Assembly: GCA_964607225.1 (NCBI GenBank)
Contig: CAZSIU010000001.1
Coordinates: forward strand, 18-64,017
Length of the DNA: 64,000 nucleotides
From: an uncultured Methanosarcinales archaeon
GTDB lineage: Archaea; Nanobdellota; Nanobdellia; Woesearchaeales; GW2011-AR4
Direction: 5' to 3'
Made by a program: the position numbers and the translations under genes. Below the pieces are notes generated by a model. The model was given only the letters and a program-made list of their open reading frames with translations, did no database searches and was not told the origin of the DNA. Positions 32,415 through 40,865 of the stretch are shown piece after piece. Every line of letters begins with the position of its first letter. Positions within the stretch are counted from its first letter, which is position 1.

Positions 32415-33713
32415 TCATTTACTTCCTGGAATTAATGTGAGCACTTCATTTATTGGCAAGCAATATTTATCTGCTTCATGACATCTTCCGTGTTTCAATA
32501 TAGTTTCTGCTGTTTTTATCATGGCAGGATATGCACTTCTCAGCAAATGATTTGCATAAATTACAATATTTACGCCAGCGTCAATTAATTCTTGCTCTGT
32601 AATAGTGTTATACGTTGTTGGTACTACAACCAAAGGAGCCTTATTCTTAATTTTCTTATATTCTTCACAAAAATCTAAAACTTCTTTTGTATCTTTTTCC
32701 TTGCTATGAATCATTATTCCATCCGCACCTGCATCAATGTAAGCTTTCGCTCTTTTTATTGCGTCATCTACCCCTTTTTTTAATATCAAGCTTTCTATCC
32801 TAGCTATAATCATAAAGTCTTCATTAACCTGAGCTTTTTTTCCTGCCGTTATTTTTCGACAAAAATTTTCTATTGAATCTTGTTGCTGCTCAACTTCTGT
32901 TCCATAAAGTGAATTTCTCTTTGGACCGATTTTATCTTCTATAATCACAGCAGATACTCCAATCCTCTCCAGAGTCTTGACTGTATATACAAAATGCTCA
33001 GCTAAACCACCTGTGTCTCCATCTACAATCATAGGTTTGGTAGTTACCTCAAAAATATTATCTATTGTTTGAAGTCTTGATGTTAAATCTACCAATTCAA
33101 TATCTGGCTTACCTTTGGAAGTCGAATCTGTCAAGCTGCTTTGCCACATTCCGTCAAATTCCCTTACATTATCGTCTTCAACCAATTTGATTTTTTCCAC
33201 TATTCTTCCGGTAAGTCCATTATGAACTTCCATAATCCTTACTAAGGGTTTAAGTTGAAGCAATTTTCTTAATCTCTTAAGTCTAACCTCTGGAGTAGTC
33301 CCTATGTCACTCATTTTATCAATCAATTCTGATGCGGAAACATCCCTTGTAGATTCAGGCTCTACTAGCTTACCGCCCCACTCTTTAAGATATTCTATTA
33401 CTCTTGCTCTAACTCCTTTTTGAATACCTGTTCGCCAGTCTGTGCCGTGTATAACATAGTCTGGCTTAAGTTTTTTAAGGTTGGGGACATAGTCTAAGGT
33501 TTCCTGGGGTATAACTTCACTTACACCCTTAATGTTTTCTATTATTTTTTTCCTCTGTTCGTATGTCAGGAGTGGAAGCCTTTTATAAGTGGCAATAGCC
33601 TCATCTGTCAATAATCCTACAGTTACATTTCCCAATTTTCTTGCTACTTCTATAATATTTATATGTCCATGATGAATTATATCAGTGCTCATTCCTACAT
33701 AAACTTTTTTCAT
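32415..33713 (-). CDS. pepM: Phosphoenolpyruvate mutase with N-terminal cytidylyltransferase domain
   Basis: Catalytic [10 protein letters not shown] (EDKxxxxxNS), DGDTGG, ARIES, IYANH. N-terminal DIIHHGH. Confidence 0.97.
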   Translation of the reverse strand: MKKVYVGMSTDIIHHGHINIIEVARKLGNVTVGLLTDEAIATYKRLPLLTYEQRKKIIENIKGVSEVIPQETLDYVPNLKKLKPDYVIHGTDWRTGIQKGVRARVIEYLKEWGGKLVEPESTRDVSASELIDKMSDIGTTPEVRLKRLRKLLQLKPLVRIMEVHNGLTGRIVEKIKLVEDDNVREFDGMWQSSLTDSTSKGKPDIELVDLTSRLQTIDNIFEVTTKPMIVDGDTGGLAEHFVYTVKTLERIGVSAVIIEDKIGPKRNSLYGTEVEQQQDSIENFCRKITAGKKAQVNEDFMIIARIESLILKKGVDDAIKRAKAYIDAGADGIMIHSKEKDTKEVLDFCEEYKKIKNKAPLVVVPTTYNTITEQELIDAGVNIVIYANHLLRSAYPAMIKTAETILKHGRCHEADKYCLPINEVLTLIPGSK

Positions 33714-33716
33714 TTT

Positions 33717-34256
33717 TTAATTCTCCTTTTTGTAAATCTTAATGATTTTATTGACGATGTTCTCAGTTGACAATTTTTCATAGAATGGTGGTTGTATAAC
33801 TTCCCCGTTGATTTTTTTAATATATTTAGCCCCGGGGACTTTTTTCCAGTTTGAACCACAAACTAGAATTAATTTTGCATTTTGAAATTGCTCATGAATT
33901 TTTTTTAAATTTGCTGTAGGATCCAAAGAGTTCTGAACCATAACCATATCTATACATCTAAGAGATGAAACTATGGACTTTCTATCTTTTAAACTAGCAA
34001 TTGGAGCTTCCCTATATGATTTAATTGCATCGTCAGTTAAAACACCACAAACATGAAAATCCCCAAGCTGATTTGCAATCAGCAACGATCTAAGTTGTCC
34101 GTAATGAAAAAGATCTCCTGTAGTAGAACTATAAACGACAGAGTTAATTTTATCTTTTTCAACAGCTACAATATCTCCTTCTTTAATTCCAGAGCCTTTA
34201 GGTATTGTAACACATAACTGACCATTAGATTTATTCGCCCACACTACTTTTTTCAT
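33717..34256 (-). CDS. AbrB/MazE-like DNA-binding domain fused to a cytidylyltransferase-like domain
   Basis: N-terminal GQLCVTIPKGSGIKEGDIV, then GDLFHYGQ (HxGH-like), GVLTD, LSTENI. Confidence 0.75.
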   Translation of the reverse strand: MKKVVWANKSNGQLCVTIPKGSGIKEGDIVAVEKDKINSVVYSSTTGDLFHYGQLRSLLIANQLGDFHVCGVLTDDAIKSYREAPIASLKDRKSIVSSLRCIDMVMVQNSLDPTANLKKIHEQFQNAKLILVCGSNWKKVPGAKYIKKINGEVIQPPFYEKLSTENIVNKIIKIYKKEN

Positions 34257-34261
34257 TTTCT

Positions 34262-34298
34262 ACTAGTGTTACTAGTGATTGTATTTAAATGTTTCGGT
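34262..34298 (-). promoter_or_regulatory. BRE-TATA promoter of the pepM operon with a palindromic candidate operator
   Basis: Minus strand ACCGAAACATTTAAATAC about 25 bp upstream of ATG 34256. ACTAGT-GTT-ACTAGT at 34262-34276. Confidence 0.6.
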
Positions 34299-34560
34299 TT
34301 TTATCTGGATTGAAAAGACTCTTTTGATTTCAAATATTGATATATAATATTGATTAAATTGCTACCATATAGAATTATTTTTGTTTGTAATTTTTTTTAT
34401 TTAATTGTGAATAAACTAAAATAATTTCTAGAATTTACACCCATCAAGATCTCTTTTGTCATTTTTACTCATTTTTCATTTCTTTGTTTTTCCCAGACCT
34501 TAACAAAAAAATTTCAACTTCTCAAATAATATCTGTTTTAATTTAACTAATTTGGTAGAA

Positions 34561-35022
34561 AATGAAAAAAGGCTTATAGAGGCTGGAGTTGCATGTCCAG
34601 TAAATGTTGTTAGGATAGTAGACAAAGAAAAAAATGAAGATATTGTAAGCGTAAAAGTTAGTTAGGATAAAGTCAAAGAAGTTATTGCTGAATATGATCA
34701 TGAAAAGGAATTTGTTATTGATTCAGAAGGTTATTTTTGAATAAGGTTAGACAGAAAAAACAAAAATATAGAGGTTGGTTTCTGCAATGAAAAAAAATAA
34801 GGTTGTTTTAAAAGTTGTTGGCAAAAAGCCAATTGATATTTATCAAACTATATTAAACAAAGAAAAGTTGTCGATAAGGAAAGACCATGCAGCTTATCTT
34901 GGGGAGAATTGCAAAACGCTTATTTTGCTTTGGAATATAATTTAGAATATGTTCAAGATGATGGTGCGGATTTAAATAAGAAATTTAATGAAAAATTTTT
35001 TAAATTCGTTATTTATAGTTAA
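34561..35022 (+). pseudogene. Ferredoxin-DUF4346-like pseudogene
   Basis: EAGVACPVNVVRI, FVIDSEGYF, KDHAAYLG/ELQNAYFAL...YVQD. TAG at 34663, TGA at 34738, two frameshifts, 5' end missing. Confidence 0.7.
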
Positions 35023-35105
35023 TTGTGATGTATTAAGCTTGTTTTTAATTTATTCTTAAAGAATTTATGAAAATTATTTATGATGAATAATAAAAATTGT
35101 TATAT

Positions 35106-36341
35106 TTAAAACCACCTTGTTGATTCTGTATGGACTCTTTCCAGGCCCTCCTGTCCTGAATACTTGTATATTAATGCAAGATCTTTTAATGGGTCTCCCT
35201 CTTCAGGTTTGATTTCCATTACGATTAATTTTCCTTCCTTATCACCAGTATTCCTAAATGAGTGAGGTACATTTGGTTGAATAAAAAAAGAAGTGCCTGG
35301 TTTCAATATTTGCTCATTACTTCTCCAGAGAAACATAACTGGAGTGTTTCCAACATTATAACCCCAACGGTCTGCATCCACGTTAATATCTAATGTTCTT
35401 TCTTCCTTCACTCTTTTAACAATATATTCAAATGCTTTCGTATGGGGTTGATTTGGGATTCCATTAATTAGTTCTCTCCACTTATAAGCATCATTCTCTT
35501 TTGAGGAGGCATCTTTATTTTTTCTCACTATTACACCCTCAAGTTCATCTGTAACTAGGTTTTCTTCAACTTTGGGTAATTTTTTCTTATAAGAGGATTG
35601 ATAATCATCAAGATCCATAGATTTTATTTTTGTCTGAAATTCATCTGTCGCAACTGCTCCTCCATAAGTAACCGCAAGAATCAATCCCTTTCCCTCTTCA
35701 CGTGTAGTAAAAGTATGAGGAACAAATGGCGTAATATAATTGATGTCTCCAGTATTCATTTTCCGCACGTGTTTATTGCCTTTTTTGTCAATCCAGTAAA
35801 AATTTACCGTCCCAATGAAATAAGTAATTTGATATTCAAAATGGCCTTTGTTAAATGCCCAATCAGGTACATTTGCGTCATTTCCATCATGGACGTAGCG
35901 CTCCACGATCCATTCGGGCCTGAAAGTAGATGTCTTTGACATTGCAGTGTCTCCATAATCATAATATGGAACTTTTTGGCCGTCACTCTGACCCCTCATA
36001 AATGTTCGTTGAGTTTCCTTCCTTTGTTCAGCAGTAAAAATAAGAACACCGTCATTTGTATCATCTTTAATTTTAAACTTATGCCTATGATTAGGATCAA
36101 ATAATTTACGTACATCCAAAGGAGAATGATTATCTACTGCATTAACAATTTCTGATGTTAGGGGTTTTTTCCCGTTCATAACTGCTTCAAGGTAAACTGG
36201 GTCTAAATTGTGTATATCAGCAAAACTAATTGAAGTTTGTTTTACTCCATTTAAAAGGCCTCTGAGTATTGGTCCAGCATTTTTAGCATAAGGGACGTCA
36301 GAAAAATTTTTATTTTCTCTTACTTCCATTTTTTGTTCCAT
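35106..36341 (-). CDS. mpnS: Methylphosphonate synthase (HEPD/MPnS family, MPnS signature)
   Basis: PYYDYGDTAMS, FRPEWI, NKGH167FEYQ171...VNF181...YI203TPFVPH209, vestigial second cupin (PHSF), C-terminal RWF. GGAGGT SD. Confidence 0.88.
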   Translation of the reverse strand: MEQKMEVRENKNFSDVPYAKNAGPILRGLLNGVKQTSISFADIHNLDPVYLEAVMNGKKPLTSEIVNAVDNHSPLDVRKLFDPNHRHKFKIKDDTNDGVLIFTAEQRKETQRTFMRGQSDGQKVPYYDYGDTAMSKTSTFRPEWIVERYVHDGNDANVPDWAFNKGHFEYQITYFIGTVNFYWIDKKGNKHVRKMNTGDINYITPFVPHTFTTREEGKGLILAVTYGGAVATDEFQTKIKSMDLDDYQSSYKKKLPKVEENLVTDELEGVIVRKNKDASSKENDAYKWRELINGIPNQPHTKAFEYIVKRVKEERTLDINVDADRWGYNVGNTPVMFLWRSNEQILKPGTSFFIQPNVPHSFRNTGDKEGKLIVMEIKPEEGDPLKDLALIYKYSGQEGLERVHTESTRWF

Positions 36342-36399
36342 TTAAAATTACCTCCGAAAATTTAGATATTGCACATAAATCTTAATAAGAATGCCATAT

Positions 36400-36432
36400 T
36401 ATTTATAAATATTTCACCGAAAGGCTTAAATA
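36400..36432. promoter_or_regulatory. 33-bp back-to-back TATA/BRE module upstream of mpnS (copy 1)
   Basis: TATTTATAAATATTTCACCGAAAGGCTTAAATA, 29/33 identical to 37276-37308. Confidence 0.6.
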
Positions 36433-36459
36433 TAATAATTTGGGGTTAGAAGACGAAAT

Positions 36460-37239
36460 TTAACTTATTTCTCCTCCAACTCTTAAGAAATCCTGCACAG
36501 TATCAAATTCTTTCCAATTTTTTTGTATTAAAACGCAATAAAGTTTTTCTCCTTTATCTATCATTTCTTGGAAAATATCAGTTATATAGGATTTTTGCCA
36601 TTCTTTTGCATTTTGATACGGATCGGTCATTTTTAATGTTGAATTTAGTCTGTCAAAATATTTTAAGAAAATATTTATTCCTTTAGGGGTAAACTTCCAT
36701 AAGCCGATAAATTCACCTTGTTTATTTTTTGGTACTTTATAAGTAAATATGTGCTTGCCAATCTTTAGCATTCTTTTTTTGTCATTCATTATTATATTTT
36801 CAGCTTCTGAAATTGGATGGTGAGTTCTGCCTTCATAATAATCTTGCCAATCTATATCAACAATAGCAGCTATATCATTTTTATCTTCTAATAATTTCTT
36901 TACCACAATATCATTGTACCATATATCTGAATAACTTATAACGACATCTTCTTTTGATTTTATGGCTTCTTCTAATTTAGCTCTGGCGCACATCAAAGAA
37001 TGAAGAATGTTATTATTCCAGAAATCTGCATTTTCAAAATATGTAATGTTTGTAAAATTTATCTTTTCTTTTTTATAGCCTCTTACTATTGAAATATCTT
37101 CAATTTCATTTTTTCTAAAAAGATCTATAGTATTCTCTAGTATCGGCTTGCCCTCTATCTTCAGCATACATTTTGGCAAGTTATCCGTTATTGGCCTTAG
37201 ACGTGAAGATGGTCCAGCAGCGATGATAATTCCTTTCAT
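36460..37239 (-). CDS. PntC/LicC-like phosphonate cytidylyltransferase
   Basis: IIAAGPSSRL, PKCM, RGY, NNILHSL, YSDI, GEFIG, EFDTVQD. Adjacent to mpnS. Confidence 0.85.
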   Translation of the reverse strand: MKGIIIAAGPSSRLRPITDNLPKCMLKIEGKPILENTIDLFRKNEIEDISIVRGYKKEKINFTNITYFENADFWNNNILHSLMCARAKLEEAIKSKEDVVISYSDIWYNDIVVKKLLEDKNDIAAIVDIDWQDYYEGRTHHPISEAENIIMNDKKRMLKIGKHIFTYKVPKNKQGEFIGLWKFTPKGINIFLKYFDRLNSTLKMTDPYQNAKEWQKSYITDIFQEMIDKGEKLYCVLIQKNWKEFDTVQDFLRVGGEIS

Positions 37240-37275
37240 ATGACTAACTTGTTTTATCCCAAGTTTACTTAATTT

Positions 37276-37308
37276 TATTTATAAATCTTTTACCGATAGG
37301 TTTAAATA
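37276..37308. promoter_or_regulatory. 33-bp back-to-back TATA/BRE module (copy 2)
   Basis: TATTTATAAATCTTTTACCGATAGGTTTAAATA. Confidence 0.6.
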
Positions 37309-37345
37309 CTATAAATTCGAATTATTTAATAAAGTCTCTTTAGTT

Positions 37346-38179
37346 TTAGAAACTCATTTTTATTTCGTTTTTTCCTCTTAGAAGAAATTCTTTCAAAAAA
37401 GTTATTATCTCATCATCCAATCTTCTTAAGAATTCCGCTTCCCTATCCACTCTCATATATTTTTTTTCACCTAAATAAGTAAATAATTCCCTTATAGAAA
37501 AATCGACAGTCCCATAATTGATAAATGGTCTTCCCATTTCTCCAATCTTTATTACCATTGCTTTGATCATGGCCACTGGATTTAATTTTTTATCAAGCAA
37601 TTTTTCTTTTAGCAGTCTTCTCTGTACAATCATTGGGAAGGTGTTTAAATCAAATTTTATATTCCATACTTTGCTTTTTAATATTTTTTCTCTAAAATTA
37701 AAATTGAATTCCTTGTTTTGTTGTCTTTCCTTGAAAGCAAAAAAATCTATATTATCCCAAAACTCCCAATTTCCTGAGCAAATTGATGAGTGAGGCAAAA
37801 AGAATTGTACTGGTCTTATAAATGTATCAAAATAAATATGGCTTATAAAACTTAAAGTTGCATGTACTTTATTTTGTTCTATCTTCTTTAGTCCTTCGTA
37901 TTTAATCAATTCACAAGCATTATTAAAAAAGTTTATAAATTTTTCTTGATTTTTTTTGATATGCATGTAATAAGATGTATTTTTTGAAAATTTTAGTTTT
38001 TGGTTTGTGAAGACTGCCATTGCAGAGTCTAAAATTTTTGGAAGATTATGTAGATTATGTGTGTATATTTCGAGCTCTTTTCCCAGCAGCGGAATAAAAG
38101 AGTAAATAGCAGAATTTATATCGCAATCACATGCTTTAAGTAATTTTATACTTAATATTCCTCTTGTTAATTCATCCAT
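37346..38179 (-). CDS. Hypothetical protein, possibly a degenerate metal-dependent hydrolase fold
   Basis: Start MDELTR lies 2 bp after the upstream stop. SHIYFDTF resembles SHxxLD of YdjM/Zn-hydrolase-like proteins. Confidence 0.55.
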   Translation of the reverse strand: MDELTRGILSIKLLKACDCDINSAIYSFIPLLGKELEIYTHNLHNLPKILDSAMAVFTNQKLKFSKNTSYYMHIKKNQEKFINFFNNACELIKYEGLKKIEQNKVHATLSFISHIYFDTFIRPVQFFLPHSSICSGNWEFWDNIDFFAFKERQQNKEFNFNFREKILKSKVWNIKFDLNTFPMIVQRRLLKEKLLDKKLNPVAMIKAMVIKIGEMGRPFINYGTVDFSIRELFTYLGEKKYMRVDREAEFLRRLDDEIITFLKEFLLRGKNEIKMSF

Positions 38180-38181
38180 TT

Positions 38182-39306
38182 TTAACCTTGTTTTTGCATT
38201 TCTTCCCATAAATATTTTTCTATTTTAGGTTCCTGTCCTATTAAATTATTTTTTTCTTCTTTGTCATCAATGAGATTATACAATTCTTTCTTTTTATTTG
38301 TCTCATTATATATTAATTTCCACTTGTTTGTTCTCACAGCTTTGATGTTATGTTTCTCTGGAGAAGGCGTTGGTCCATCTAAACCCCCTGTTTCAGAGTA
38401 AGCGACTCTATTTTCTATTATTCCCTTAATAAATGGTAAAAATGATTTTCCACCTATCTTTTTATAATTATCCTCTTCCTTTATTTTTAGTATGTCCAAT
38501 AAAGTTGGTAAAATATCAATACTTCTAATTAAATTATTTATTTGCAGATTTTTAGGAAAGTCCTTTCCAATTAAATATAAAAAGCTTCTTATTGTGTACT
38601 CATAGAGATAAACACCATATGCCCTTTCTCCAACTTTGTCTCCAGTACTGGTCCCATGATCAGTACAAACAAATATAATAGAATCATCATGCAATCCTAA
38701 TTGCTTTATTTTTTCCATAATATCTTTAAGATAATTTGCGCTTTCCCCAACCCATCCAAGGTAATTCTTGAAATTTTTATCTTTATTATTGAAATACTCC
38801 TCATCAAAATCAGAGTATTTTTTTACTACGGTGTTGATCAAATTAACATGTATACTTCCATATCGAAGAAAGAGGAAAAAAGGATTTTTATGTCTTATTT
38901 GGTGCAATATTTCAGTGTGCCTTTTTGAGAAGTTTATATCCTTAAACTCGTCATAAATTCTATATTTATCAAATCCTTGTTGAGGTATGACCCCTTCAAG
39001 ATGTAAATCTGCTTCGGTGTAATAACCATTTTCTTTTACATATTGGGTTAATGTAAAACAATTTTTTTTATCAAAACTATGAATTCTGTAATAACCATTT
39101 ACGCCGTTGAAATTACCATTCATTCCAGAAAATAAGGAGTGTAAAGAAGCTATAGTATATGGTGCGTAGGTAATTAATTTAGGGAAAAAAACAGATTCTT
39201 TTTTGAGTTCTTGGTAATATCGAATTTTATCAATAGAGTCGTACCTAACCCCATCTATAACTATAATTATGATATTTGGTTTTTTTTTCTTAAATAGATT
39301 AATCAT
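38182..39306 (-). CDS. Sulfatase-like alkaline-phosphatase-superfamily protein (Thr at nucleophile position)
   Basis: IDGVR, APYTIASLHSLFSG, TDHG, SIDILPT, ELYNL..D..E..NL. Confidence 0.85.
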   Translation of the reverse strand: MINLFKKKKPNIIIIVIDGVRYDSIDKIRYYQELKKESVFFPKLITYAPYTIASLHSLFSGMNGNFNGVNGYYRIHSFDKKNCFTLTQYVKENGYYTEADLHLEGVIPQQGFDKYRIYDEFKDINFSKRHTEILHQIRHKNPFFLFLRYGSIHVNLINTVVKKYSDFDEEYFNNKDKNFKNYLGWVGESANYLKDIMEKIKQLGLHDDSIIFVCTDHGTSTGDKVGERAYGVYLYEYTIRSFLYLIGKDFPKNLQINNLIRSIDILPTLLDILKIKEEDNYKKIGGKSFLPFIKGIIENRVAYSETGGLDGPTPSPEKHNIKAVRTNKWKLIYNETNKKKELYNLIDDKEEKNNLIGQEPKIEKYLWEEMQKQG

Positions 39307-39355
39307 TTTTTATATAGTTGAATAATTTAATTATATATAATTTTATTTTAGACTA

Positions 39356-40717
39356 TTAATTTATATATCCTGCTTTCCTCAGAGTTTCTCTTGATTTCTC
39401 AGTAAGATCTGACAAGTTAGTTTGTCCCTCATTGCTTTGTGGTTTTAAAAATTCTAAGATTTTATCTTTCATATAAGAAGCCCTTTCTTTTTCCTTATCA
39501 ATAAGATTATTCTGTTCATTTGGATCATTCGTTAGATTATAGAGCTCAAAAATGTCTTTTTCTGGATGGGGTATATATATAATTTTCCAATCTCCTTCTA
39601 TCATAGCTCTCCATTTTCCCTTGACGCCTGGAAAAAAAATCCTTTTATTTTCCTTAAAGATCTCTTCCATACTTTCAGCAAAAATAAATTTTACTTTATT
39701 TTTTGAATTATTATTAATCAAAGGTAATAAGCTTACTCCGTCGATTTTATCCAATACCGGGATATTAAGCATTTCCAATATGGTTGGCATTATATCCAGT
39801 AGTCTAACTCTTTCTTTAATAACTTTACATCCATCAAAGAATTTCGGATAATTAAATATTAATGGAACTCTTAGGCTTGGTTCGTAAAGTGAAGATCCAT
39901 GTAAAAAATAAAAATTATGTTCTCCAAAATTTTCTCCATGATCAGATGTTAAAATAATTAATGTGTTATCATCTAGACTTTTGGACTTTACAAAATCAAT
40001 TAATCTTCCAAAATGTAAATCAGTATATTTTATACTACCATCGTAATGTGCGATAGCATGACTAATTTCTTCTTTATGAAATTTAATATGACCATACATA
40101 AGTTCCCCCCTAGAAAATTTACCGTGTTTTAAAGTATTAAAATCATGATTTCCTTTATAATTTGGATCAAACGTATGATCATAGGGCTTTGGGATTTCAT
40201 ACGGCCAGTGCATATCATCGAAATGCAGGCATAAGAAAAACTTCTTTTTTGAGTTTTTTTTAATCCATTTAATTGCTACATCTATATATTGCTCGGTAGA
40301 ACTCATAAAATTTCTTGGATTTAGCACTTTTTTTAAGCCTCTCTTAATTTTATTTTTGATTTTCCATGATAGCAAATTAAATTTTTTAAATCCCTTTCTT
40401 AAAGGAGGTTCGTATAATCCAGCGTTGCCCATAAAAGCTGTTTCATATCCATGATTAATAAGTATTTCAGGTAAATGTGTAAAGGAAAAATTTAGATTAT
40501 CATTTTTAACCAACCTTATACCATGAGTGTGTGGATATAATCCAGTAAAAAGAGACATTAGAGAAGGATTTGTTCTTGGTAAAGAAGTGTAAGCATTTAG
40601 AAAACTTGTACCTTGCCTGTAAAAATTATCAATATTTGGACTGGTATTTCTATTATAACCATTTACACTTAAATGATCTGGTCGTAAAGAATCTATTATA
40701 ATTAAAATAATATTCAT
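39356..40717 (-). CDS. Sulfatase-like alkaline-phosphatase-superfamily protein (Thr at nucleophile position)
   Basis: IDSLRPDH, PRTNPSLMSLFTG, HWPY, SDHGE, HGSSLY, LRKAGYI. Confidence 0.88.
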   Translation of the reverse strand: MNIILIIIDSLRPDHLSVNGYNRNTSPNIDNFYRQGTSFLNAYTSLPRTNPSLMSLFTGLYPHTHGIRLVKNDNLNFSFTHLPEILINHGYETAFMGNAGLYEPPLRKGFKKFNLLSWKIKNKIKRGLKKVLNPRNFMSSTEQYIDVAIKWIKKNSKKKFFLCLHFDDMHWPYEIPKPYDHTFDPNYKGNHDFNTLKHGKFSRGELMYGHIKFHKEEISHAIAHYDGSIKYTDLHFGRLIDFVKSKSLDDNTLIILTSDHGENFGEHNFYFLHGSSLYEPSLRVPLIFNYPKFFDGCKVIKERVRLLDIMPTILEMLNIPVLDKIDGVSLLPLINNNSKNKVKFIFAESMEEIFKENKRIFFPGVKGKWRAMIEGDWKIIYIPHPEKDIFELYNLTNDPNEQNNLIDKEKERASYMKDKILEFLKPQSNEGQTNLSDLTEKSRETLRKAGYIN

Positions 40718-40865
40718 TTTACGGCAGAATAGAATATCATTTTATATAGTTTTTTGTTTTTCCTGTTTTCATTATCAAAAACAGTTTCCCAAATAGTATA
40801 TTTCATTTATTTATACAGATATATCAACAGATAATTTAAAAAGGTAGGCAAATACACCATTATTG

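Noticed and set aside
34663..34740. Stop-codon recoding (TAG/TGA) in the DUF4346-like region
   Set aside because: Frameshifts accompany the stops, and TAG and TGA terminate normal genes elsewhere in the window.
35106..36341. Fosfomycin epoxidase HppE or HEPD (antibiotic pathway)
   Set aside because: Two-cupin length with Gln at His+4 and Phe/Ile flanking residues fits MPnS, and the context is glycan rather than antibiotic biosynthesis.
38182..40717. True formylglycine sulfatases matured by the radical SAM/SPASM enzyme
   Set aside because: No C/SxPxR motif, and Thr cannot give formylglycine. The radical SAM protein has only a short twitch-type Cys set.
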